The position numbers and the translations under genes were made by a program. From Paraspadella gotoi (lineage: Eukaryota; Animalia; Chaetognatha), in the NCBI GenBank assembly GCA_051294375.1, contig CM119271.1, forward strand, positions 12,887,039-12,951,038: DNA of 64,000 nucleotides, read 5' to 3'. Every line of letters begins with the position of its first letter. Position 1 is the stretch's first letter. The notes under the pieces were generated by a model. The model ran no database searches and was not told the DNA's origin. It saw only the letters and a program-made list of their open reading frames with translations. This document shows positions 50,557 through 61,100 of this stretch, in pieces.

Positions 50557-53500
50557 TTACATCATAACATAGATGGCAAGTATGTCAGCTTCATCCCAAC
50601 AATTATTTTGTTTCCAAGTGCATAGAAATCCTGTGGTTGAATACACAAAACGTGGGTAGGCACTGCCAGCCTTAGTTGCTGTGTTGTTGAGCCAATTTTT
50701 ACAATTATCAGACCTGAAGCAATGACAACGACAAAAAATGATTTCGTTTCTGAGAAAATTGGCAACCTACTGTACACACTAAGGCGGGCCAAAATTGGTA
50801 ACATACTGTACGCACTAAGGCTGGCAAAAATATGGCAACCTACTGTACACACTAAGACAGGCCAAAATTGAACACTTTTTATAACATCTAGTTCTCTCTC
50901 TCAAAAATTTTTTTTTCCTTCTTTTACAAATTTGATTTTCAATGCAACTTTTTGAATTAATTCATTTGGTTGTTACTCTGAAGCTTTTAAATATTTATTA
51001 ATAGATATGTAGACAGGATTCAATCTGGTTGTCTGGATATTCCGGTTCAGAGCCACTCAGACAACTGAAAACTTCTATTTCAAATTCAACTACTTATGTC
51101 TTTAATCGAATCAGAGATATTTTGTTTTATCTTTGTTACCCATTTCTCTGGAAGATGGCTGAGCATTTTATTCTCTGTTTTGTTTAAAGACATAAGTAGT
51201 TGAATTTGAATTAAAAGTTTTTAGTTGTCTGGGTGGCTCTGAACCGGAGTATCCAGATAACCAGACATTAGGTTCTTGGATCGAATCCTGTCTACAGATA
51301 AGAAATTAATTTTCATTTTCATTTGATTTTTTAAAAACAGGTTCTTATGAAGCTTAAAATATTAAATAAAAGTTAATACTATAATTTTTTTAAATTTTAA
51401 CAAGAAATTAGTTAAAAATAGAAAAAATTTTAAATAATTATCATCATCATCATCATTGGCTGAATTTTAAAAAGTTGTAATAATAACTTTATCTAACTTT
51501 CAAAGCTGTATCAGAATCTATTAAAAAAGTTTAAAAACTAAAAAATATAATAAAACAAGTTTGAACAAACAATGTCAGATCATTAGCGGTAATTAATCAG
51601 TGACGAAAAGATCTAAAAACAAACATTTTGGATCAAATTAATTAATTATTTAATTAATAAAATTAATTAATTAATTTAATTAATTAATAAATAAATTAAT
51701 TACCGCTATCGATCGTGGGCAGATCCGACATTGTTTGCTCAAACTTGTTTAAGTTAGACGAAGGTTTCAAATCAGTATTCTCAGCAAATTAGTTACCTTT
51801 CTAGGGAAATCATCATTCCCCTGGCGGAATCACAAGTTGTGTCCCAGTTGCTGATGTAAAAGTTTCGCTCATAACGGCCTCTGATATGAAGAGGACAATA
51901 GAATAATAGAAGATTGGCAAAAACAATAGAAGATTGGCAAAACAATAGAAGATTGGCAAAAACAATGTGTTGTTGCGCTGCAGTGACTTTCTTAATCTTA
52001 GCCCGTCTTTTATTCTTTACCATGATGGAAAAAAAAATTGTTGCGTTTTGGAAAAGTTGGTTAATTTCGTTGTGAAATATATATTTTGGCCGGTAAATAA
52101 GTTTTAATATGTAATATGACCTCCCTAGGACTGAACAAAAAGAATCTTTTTCAACAGAATAAAATTGTTTAATGCATACAAATACTTCCAAAAGAGGTTG
52201 TCTCCAACTGTTTTCACTTCTTTTTGATCAAGAGGACTACTCATATTATTGTTAGTATTATATCTCTGACATTATGGTGGACTAAAATCCACCAATCGTT
52301 CATCAGCGGCCATTGGTGCCGGAGGCAAGTCATTCGCCTCCCAACCCAAAGGTCCGGGGTTCGAGCCCGGTGGTCATCTGGCAGTTAAGAGGGACGGGGC
52401 GCTTAACCCGCCTGTAACATGGTGTTACAGCCTGATCCAAAGCTCAGGGACTGCTTATATTGAACGGTTCTGTCATTAACACTTATCAATAATTACTGTC
52501 TCTTCATTGGTGAGCCTGACTTCCGAACACAACAGCAACAACAACACTTTCAGGCGACATGCCTCAACCTGGCGATCCACTTTCCGCCCACAACACATAA
52601 GGCGACATGCCTCAACTTGGTGACGAACTTTCCACCAACAACAACAATTCACTGAAGAGACTCAACAGACTTCTCCCTACGGGAGGGGGGGATGTATGGT
52701 GGACTAAAATCCACCAACCGTTCATCAGCGGCCATTGGTGCCGGAGACAAGTCATTCGCCTCCCAACCCAAAGGTCCGGGGTTCTAGCCCGGTGGTCGTC
52801 TGGCAGTTAAGAGGGACGGGGCGCTTAACCCGCCTGTAACATGAAGCTCAGGGACTGCTTATACTGAACGGTTCTGTCATTAACACTTATCAATAATTAC
52901 TGTCTCTTTAACATAATATTTTTTATCAGATTTGGGGAAAGAAATAATCCTTGGCAAGCAGTGAAAAAGATTGTTCCCATGTAAAGTAAACCAGGCTTGA
53001 GTTGTTGCTGTACAATATGATGATGCATCATTGTCTTTCACTTCAACAAAATCTTTGATTTATTTTTTTTTGATTATTTTTATACTTGGTTCTGATGATA
53101 CATCCAGAGGTAAATGAAAATAACTTTGTTCACATAAAGGTTACCCGGAGCCTTATAACTTTTATTGATACTTTACAATTTAAAAATAATATTCTGGAGC
53201 ATCTACAGCATCAATGTATTTTTAATACCACTCTTCTTTTGACATATGAATTAAAATTCATTCCTAAATCTATCCTAATAAAAATGATACAATAACCATT
53301 TGAAATGAGACTGAGAAAAGGCGGGGATTTTTAATAGTAACGGTTTAATAAAAAAGTAATAAAAAAAACCCCCAGAAATTAGTATAAATTAAAAGTATAG
53401 ATATGAAAAAGATAAATAAGAATGAAGCATTTTTTTGGACAACTCATTTTCTTTTGCATGGAACTCTTGTATTTTTTGTCGCTACATAAATGAGATAAAA

Positions 53501-55943
53501 CTCATATTAATCACAAGAGGACAAAGTTTCTCGATATCTGAATTTTATTTTTCGATTCTTACATTAAAATTCCCTAAAAATTGCTTGCAAGTAACCGCGA
53601 GATTTTTTTTTCCATCATGGTATAATTTTATGATTTCCTGTAGGTGGCGCTAGCAGTCACATATATTTTAGGTTTTTTTTCTTAGTTATGAGCATTTTTA
53701 ACGTAAGTAGGACAGACCGATCGACAGACAGACTGACCGAAAAGTGTCTCAAAGAGTTGCTCCGCGAGTACTCGTGGTGCAACTAAAAAGTAATTAAAGG
53801 ATAAATTCCCTTGTCTGACTTACCGTTTCGCTCTTCCTTTCATGCTCCAGTTATTGAAAAATAAAAACCCGGAATAAACGACATTTGGTCCTTTGTTTAT
53901 CTTTAACACTCTGTTAATGGAGAACCAGTTTACACGGTTGCTCCCTTTTCCATTGAAGATAATGTCAATGACCGCTTTGTAACTCGAGTCGATCTTTTTC
54001 CAAAAAACGAAGCGAATCTGAGATCGAGATTCAATTTTAAAAAAAACATTGGCTGGTCCCTGAGACAAACCTCAAGATAAGGGTGTTTATTTAGTTGATT
54101 CTATATGTTTATTTTAATAACTTGATATAGTTTTGTCAATCACGGGTTATGACAAGTAATATATTATATACAGAAATCAAAATTATTAGTAGATCAAAAT
54201 TTTTGTTAAATCAGCTTCTTCAGACCTTTCCTCCATTAGCAAATGTGCTTCTCCATTTATAAAAAGCTTGGTAGTCGATATAGCCCCCAGGCATATCAAA
54301 ATGTTTTCCACCATTAAAATATCCACTGGCATCTGATTAAAAAAAGCTGTGTATCAACTTGTATTATAAATACATATATACATATCTCTCTCACATAAGA
54401 TTTCTTTGTACAAGTGAATTCCACTTTTTCGCTCCACCATTGCTACGAGACGTCCAAATAAATTTGGCCAGAGATTCCGTTGATAGCAGTGACACATCTT
54501 GGGTAAGGAAATTATATACTATTGACATAAATATAAATATATAAAATAGAAATAGCCACTACAATAGTATTGTAGTGGCTATATCTATTTTTTCTTAAAT
54601 GTATATATCAATGTTTATGTTGACTAAGAACATTTTCATGCTTGACTTTTAGAACTTTCAAAAAAGTTGTTCAGAAAATTTTTAGAAATTTTTTGAATTG
54701 GTTTTTAAAAGTAGAATTGCACATTTATAAATAACTTAAGATTATTCACAAATTATATCACATATGAAGGAAGTTTTTTTTAAACCAGAACGGTGATTCC
54801 AATGTGTTGTGCCACAGTGACTTTATTTTCACTTGTATTTCCCTTTGATCACATATGACATGACATGACGAAAACCTTTCTTAGCCCTTGCATTTATGTC
54901 ATAAATTATGACATTTTGTCTGTTTTTTCCTGTGTTAACAAATAATCAACCAACCGTATGGGGAATTATATGCATTTTTCATATAAGTGGGACAGACCGA
55001 CGGACAGACAGACTGACAGATCGACCAATAGACTGACCAAAAAGTGACTTAGACTTAGCTCTAATCTAACTTTTGATACACTCCATTGACAGAGATTGTT
55101 AATATGTTTGGTTCTTTCATGACTCTTAAACTTTGTGAACTTCAATTAAATGATATGAATTACCATTTCTTTTGTCACTAACCATTGTTGATGATTGGTT
55201 AAACGCCGTTTCTTCCGGGTCGGTAACCATGTATAAGGCTCCTAAAGGGAGTTACTGTTTTAGGTAATTATTTGATTTTGGCTCAGTCTAGAACATGCAT
55301 TTGTATCTGAGGTATAGAATTCGCGACCCTTAATCAATCAATCAATCAATCATTCTAATTCATCTGTAGTGAGCGGTTACAGGAGGAACTGGACCAACCA
55401 TTAAAATTGTTCTGGCGGTAGGAGAAGCCTCTATCCTGCCTTTAACTCCGGAGTCCTTACCTCTTGGATTTTCGGGACAAACCGCGCTTCTCTTAGTCAT
55501 TTCTTTCTTCAACTTTTCGTTCATCCATTTTCCTAAAAAAAAATGCTCTTTTTTTTTTGAGAGTAGCCTATTTCTGTTCATTTATCTCAGAATTATTAAT
55601 CCTTTACCGTAATCCTTAACCACAATCCTTAATCCCCTACCTAATCCTGAACCCTAATCACTAACCAAGTCCCTAACCCTAAACCCTTAATTTATTCCCT
55701 AATCTAATCCCCAACCTTTAACCTAAATGTTAATTCAAAAAATTCATTCAATTCCAAATTTAAGATAGAATTGGGCATTCTGGAAAAATAAGGCCATAAA
55801 ATGATATGAAATTAAAAAAAAAAGATGTTCAATCATTTTAATTTTATGGTCGATTTAAAATTCATCCATCTTGTATCTTTACCTCCGAGGACCAAATTTG
55901 ATGGCGCCACCAACAACAAGAAAAACCAAATGAAAAACTTCAT
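50557..55943 (-). CDS. Secreted Cys/Trp-rich protein of an uncharacterised invertebrate family, paralogue A (8 exons, 290 aa)
   Basis: Exons 55943-55883, 55532-55461, 55241-55183, 54497-54395, 54332-54226, 54017-53824, 51880-51797, 50749-50557; all GT-AG and phase-consistent (873 nt). Protein: MKFFIWFFLLLVAPSNLVLG-GKWMNEKLKKEMTKR/SAVCPENPRGALYMVTDPEETAFNQSSTMMCHCYQRNLWPNLFGRLVAMVERKSGIHLYKEILYASG...IRFVFWKK...IIFNGKGSNRVNWFSINRVL...RNFYISNWDTTCDSARG...YPRFVYSTTGFLCTWKQNNCWDEADILAIYVMM*. Exon sizes identical in paralogue B. Confidence 0.88.
50756..50870. repeat. ~36-bp tandem repeat x3 next to the last acceptor site of paralogue A
   Basis: AAATTGGCAACCTACTGTACACACTAAGGCGGGCC; about one copy in paralogue B (58309-58337). 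Confidence 0.75.
51008..51296. mobile_element. Non-autonomous Ginger-like foldback MITE
   Basis: Termini TGTAGACAGGATT / AATCCTGTCTACA, ~100-bp inverted arms, and a 4-bp TSD GATA (51004-51007 and 51297-51300); TGTNR termini with a 4-bp TSD are Ginger hallmarks. Confidence 0.75.
51553..51749. mobile_element. ~200-bp inverted pair of family-2 5' ends (MITE-like)
   Basis: AACAAGTTTGAACAAACAATGTC...GACATTGTTTGCTCAAACTTGTT around an AT-rich core, flanked by TAA on both sides; the same end occurs at ~22105, 57642 and 58351. Confidence 0.55.
52273..52910 (+). mobile_element. TRIM (miniature LTR retroelement) with a tRNA-like cassette in both LTRs (Helenus-like)
   Basis: LTR1 52273-52506 (ends TCA); PBS-like TGGTGAGCCTG at 52508; 186-bp non-coding interior; PPT GGGAGGGGGGGA 52681-52692; LTR2 52693-52910 (starts TGTATGG); TSD ACAT 52269-52272 and 52911-52914. 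Each LTR has A-box-like TGGTGCCGGAGG and B-box GGTTCGAGCCC (52358-52368; GGTTCTAGCCC in LTR2). Confidence 0.8.
53640..53790 (+). mobile_element. HINE-like family 1 3' part with terminal hairpin
   Basis: Ends AGTTGCTCCGCGAGTACTCGTGGTGCAACTAAAAA; a shared copy in paralogue B at 61020-61105 shows it predates the gene duplication. Confidence 0.7.
54782..55050 (+). mobile_element. HINE-like family 1 copy in intron 3 of paralogue A only
   Basis: TTCCAATGTGTTGTGCCACAGTGACT...CTTTCTTAGCCCTTG...AAGTGGGACAGAC...AAAAAGTGACT; absent from the equivalent B intron (~62020-62060). Confidence 0.7.
55598..55725. repeat. Degenerate (CCCTAA)n interstitial repeat in intron 1
   Basis: CCCTAA/CCTTAA variants; a longer equivalent lies at 62855-63020 in paralogue B. 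Confidence 0.6.
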
Positions 55944-56879
55944 TTTTTTTGGCTATTTTCCTTTCTTTTCAAAATGACAAAAAGGAAAAAAAAAAATAAA
56001 AAAAATAAAAAATGAGTTTTGTAGTAAAATGAATGTCTAAGAAACTTAGCTAAGCCATTTGTTTTTAACAACTAGTAAAAAGCTAATTGACAAGTTAGAG
56101 CGAAGAAAAAAAAAGGACCATTATCTTAAGCGTTATCTTTTGTTTTTAAAGAAATCATAAAATGGCTAACCAAATAGCAAACAGAATCGTTAATTGACAT
56201 CAAAACAGCGAACGAATGACAGAACAAAAAAAGAACAAAACAAAACAAAACAAAAATTTGTTATTGATTCATTATTTTGTTAGTTTATATATCATTTGTT
56301 TATCTTATTTCATTGTAAACATGAGAACAAATATAAAGTATACAGAGGAAGGTAAGAAGTAAAAGAAAAATAACAAAAACACAACAAATTAAGACGACGA
56401 CGACAACGACGAATAAATGAAAACAATAATAATATGCGTTAAAAAACAAAAGGGTCTTCGATCGTCGCTCCTGAACGACATCTGTTGAGGCGCAAAAAAA
56501 ATTTAATGGATCGAAAGTGACGAACAATTTCTTTTCCTCTTTAAATTTCATGTTTCTGGTTCCATTTCTTGTTCCATTGCCTGGTTCTTGTTCCTCGTCT
56601 CGTTCTTTAAACTGATCCCATTTCGTTCTTTTCGCCTGCTTCAAATTTATTTCCTTTTTGTTCCAATCGCCTGATTCCATTGATATTCGTCGCTACCGCC
56701 TAAATATATCTCATTTCATTGTAATGTTCCACTTCGTTCCAATCGCCTGATTACAGAAGGAACAGGTGTTTTATTTCTATTCTGAATCCGACGCCTGTTT
56801 TTTTTTTTTTTTTGCTTTCCAACCTTTCGCTTCTCACTGCTTTATTGCTTTATTTTCATCGCTTTTCTTTTTATTCTCT

Positions 56880-56926
<47 letters not shown>

Positions 56927-57029
56927 ATCTTCTTCACATCGTTTTCTCTGTCGACCGATTCCTTATTTTTTGTGTTGCCCAATATCTTTTCTCCTTTCTT
57001 TTTTTTATTACTTTCTTTTTTCCCCTTTT

Positions 57030-57156
57030 TATTGGCGGCTAAACGCGACTCACTAAGAAGCTTTTTGGTCGGTCTGTCTGTAGATGGCGTAAGAAGTTCT
57101 TGTTGCTTTGGCGTCACGCCATCCAACGTCTGGAGATATTCGCCAAGCTGCTTGTA
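57030..57156. mobile_element. Short interspersed element with GTCG/GTCT microsatellite (possible third HINE-like family)
   Basis: AACGCGACTCACTAAG...GGTCGGTCTGTCTG...CGCCAAGCTGCTTGT; architecture resembles the other HINE-like elements, but it is a single copy here. Confidence 0.35.
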
Positions 57157-58106
57157 AAATAGTCTAAACCAACTTGCTTGGTTATTGTTTAAAATCAGAC
57201 CTTAATAAAATAATCAAAGCATATAGATATTCCAGTTACTTTTGCCAGCAAGTATCTGTAATATCTATATTGAAAAACAATGTAAAAATAAAGATTATTA
57301 TTAACAAACAGTAACAATGTGATAAATAATAAATTAATCCAATTCGGGATCCACTGAGTGTTATTATTATATAGAATGGTTTCTAAGCCAGATGGAATCA
57401 TGTTTGGAATTGGTAACAATAGAATCAGCTGATTGAATGAGATTTGCGATGTTTCTTTGTTTGTAATAACAAAAGATCATGTAGTAACTGTTATATAAAT
57501 TAATATAGAAATTATAAATACCAAAGTGGCGAAATTGTCTTAGCCTTAGCTCGTGGATGCGAGGTTAAAGGTTCGAAACTACATGTACATCTCTCCAATA
57601 TTACATTAAAAAGGAGAGTTTAGAAAAAGAAGAGTGTTATTAAACAAGTTTGAGCAAATAATCCTGAATCTGCTCCTTATAAATAGCTAATCAAATGGTT
57701 AATTACTTGGTTAATTAAAAAATGTATTAATTACCATAACCACTATATATAATTATTAATTAATTAATTAAATAAGTTATAGTTATTATCGCCCCATCCC
57801 CTCATGAGCAATTGGCGTTCAAATAGTGAAATCGTCCCATACATTCACGATGGACATGTGGGACGGACTCACAGCGTTTTTTTTTTCATAATTTATTTTA
57901 TAATTCGATGTTCCAAGATGAATTGACTCTCCAGAATCTGCGATAAACAAATGCAGCTAAAAACTATAAAAATATGTTTCCTTACGTATTAATAGTCAGT
58001 GATTAACACTAAAATTGTAGCTTAATAAAATCCGATTTCATCAGGAAAAAAAATGCATTAAAAAGAAAAAGTTAAGTCTCTATTTTACATACATTTTTTA
58101 ATATCA

Positions 58107-61100
58107 TTACATCATAACATAGATGGCGAGTATGTCAGCTTCATCCCAACAATGCTTTTGATTCCAAACGCATATAAATCCCGTGGTTGAATACCCAAAA
58201 CGTGGGAAAGCCCGATTAGCTCCACTTGAGGTGTCGTTGAGCCAATGTGTACAAATTTCAGACCTGAAGCAATGACAGCGACAAAAAATGATTTCATTTC
58301 TGAGAAACGTACTGTACCTAGCTAAGGCGGGCCAAAATCTAGTTCTCTCAAAACAAGTTTGAGCAAACAATGCCGGATCTGCCCACGATCATTAGCGGTA
58401 AGCAGCTGATCAGACAATTAATTAATAATTTATTAATAAATAAATTAAATAATTAATTAATATTAATTATTTTTAATCTCATCAAAATCGTTTTTCACTT
58501 TTCCTCGACTCTCAACCACAAAACAACAATCTTGATCACAAAATTAATTAATATTTAATTAATTACAAAATAATTAATAATCAATTAATGAAGCTTGAAT
58601 TTACATTTAATATAAAAAGCATAAGCAAATAGTGAAATAGATTTTTTGTTTTTCCCATTTTAACTCATTTCCACTTGGACAATTCCATTGAAACTTTATT
58701 TCCGGCTCAAACAAACACTTTCCTACCCACTCACAACATTTCAAGTCAATCGCCCCATCCACTCATGAGTAATTGTCCTTTAAAGCTAACGGGGATGGAC
58801 GGACAGAAGGACGGACAGACAGATGGACAGGCATCAATTTGTTTCCATAATTTATAATAGTTCAATATTTTGACAAGATTTTGGGGTGGGACCGACAAAC
58901 CGACAAAGTGGATTATAGAGCCGGAATCTGCTGTAAGTCGGATCTGCTTTACAGCAGATTCTGACTCTATAATTCACTTTGTCGGTCCGTCGGTCGCCCC
59001 CTCAATCTTGTCGGGCATTAACTTAAATCATGTCAGAACATCAAAATATGATTAATTATGCAAAAAAAAAATGATGTCCGTCCGTCTGTCTGTCTGTGTG
59101 TCTGTTTGTCTTTAAAAAATTTAAAAAAACTTTATATAGTAGTTTTTAAATAGTTTAAATGGTTAAATAGTTTTTAAATGCTTCCATGCGCTTACACACA
59201 ATGATAAATCTTAAAACTATTTTCATTTTCATATTATCTTCAGTCACTTTACCATTATCTATTTGAAAGAACTTTTTTTTTTTCAATATGTTCCGGCCAA
59301 GTAAGCACTCCCAACTAAAAACTTACACTCTTCCTATTTTTTAAGTTAATCGAAGGTCTCAAATTAGTATTGGTTACCTTTCTATGGTAAAAATCATTCC
59401 GCTGGAGGACTCACAAGTTGTGTCCCAGTGGCTGATGTAAAAGTTTCGCTGATAGTGGCCTCTGATAAGAAGAGGACAATAGAACATTAGAAGAATGTCA
59501 AAAACAAGAACGTGTTGCGTCGCAGTGACTTTCTGAGTAGCGGTAGAAGAAAGAAACATTAGAACATTAGAACATTAGAAGAATGTCAAAAACAAGAACG
59601 TGTTGCGTCGCAGTGACTTTCTGAGTAGCGGTAGAAGAAAGAAACATTAGAACATTAGAACATTAGAAGAATGTCAAAAACAAGAATGTGTTGCGTCGAA
59701 GTGACTTTCTGAGTAGCGGTAGAAGAAAGAAACATTAGAACATTAGAACATTAGAAGAATGTCAAAAACAAGAACGTGTTGCTCGCAGTGACTTTCTGAG
59801 TAGCGGTAGAAGAAAGAAACATTAGAACATTAGAACATTAGAAATAGAAAAACAAGAACGTGTTGCGTCGCAGTGACTTTCTGAGTAGCGGTAGAAGAAA
59901 GAAACATTAGAACATTAGAACATAGAACATTAGAAGAATGTCAAAAACAAGAACGTGTTGCGTCGCAGTGATTTTGAGTAGCGGTAGTCGACCAAATTCA
60001 AATTTGAATGGGAACAGCATTAAACGAATTCCATTATCAGTAATAGTTATTGTTTTAAAATATTTTTTGAAAAAATATTAGGAACCAAGTGTAATTTGCT
60101 AATTAAAATTATTATATTGCTATATAATATCAATATTTTTCTTTCTTAAATTTTCTAAATTTTCTTAATTGATTATGATTGAGCATAAAAAGTTAAGCAA
60201 AAAATGTAATTACAACTTTTTAAAGTTTTGATGTTTTATTACTGAAAAATAGAAAAACTGCTAAAATCATCGGGTGATGATGACTTTTTAAGGTTGTTCT
60301 CAATTTTAATTAACTTATTATCAAAATATTTAAAAAAGAATTATAAATTGTGTAAACAACTTTTCATAAGCTATCTGAATCTGCTTTTAAAAATACTAAA
60401 TTTAAAAAAAAAAATTTTGACATTTTCTATCTATATATAAATATTTAAAAATTAATTACGAGTGCTTATATTTTACAAAATTTTGGTCCATTGAAAGTTT
60501 TCTCAGAAATGTATGAAGTTTCATTTGGGAAGGTTCTCAAATCAAACTTCTGGCCCACCCATTGACATTCTTCGCCCGTCTTTTATTCTTTATAGTTTTA
60601 GAATTTTCGGCATTGGTACGTAGCTGTCACTTAGATTTTAGGTTTTTTAGTTGCGCTGCGAGCTCTTGGGGAGCCACTCTATAAATCAATTTTCAGTTTG
60701 TTGATATGTCGGTATGTCTGACCGTCGGTCTGTCCGACTTACCTTATAAACTTGCATATAGTTGGTTGCTCATTTGTTAAGACAGAAAAAAAACCTCAAA
60801 TCTAAGAGACTGCTAGCGCCGCCTTCAAGAAATAAAAGACAAAAGATAAAATTAGGATGCAGTGCTTGTCATAAATACACAGGCTAAGAAAATTATGATA
60901 GACATGTAGTCATATCACGTCATCATGTCATGTAATGTCATGTCATGTGACAAGAAACACACATGATAAGGCAATCACTGCCGCGCAACACATTTGAATT
61001 ATCGTTCTTGTTTTTAGGGACAGAACGACTGACCAACCGACCGAAAAACCGTCCAAAAAGTGTCTCATAGAGTTGCTCCGCAAATACTCGTGGCACAACT

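Noticed and set aside
50562-50852. ORF-track frame ...VVVIASGLIIVKIG... (also 58112-58297)
   Set aside because: It is an alternative frame of the last exon; splice phase and family motifs support the NEIIFCRCHC frame.
52306-52378. Functional tRNA-Gly gene
   Set aside because: Anticodon and D stems do not pair properly, and it lies inside an LTR-like direct repeat.
55164-55241. Longer exon 3 (EPYTWLPTRKKRR...) implying a non-canonical GA donor in paralogue B
   Set aside because: The upstream exon is open only in phase 1; using the GTTAGT donor (55182 / 62122) gives a consistent frame in both paralogues.
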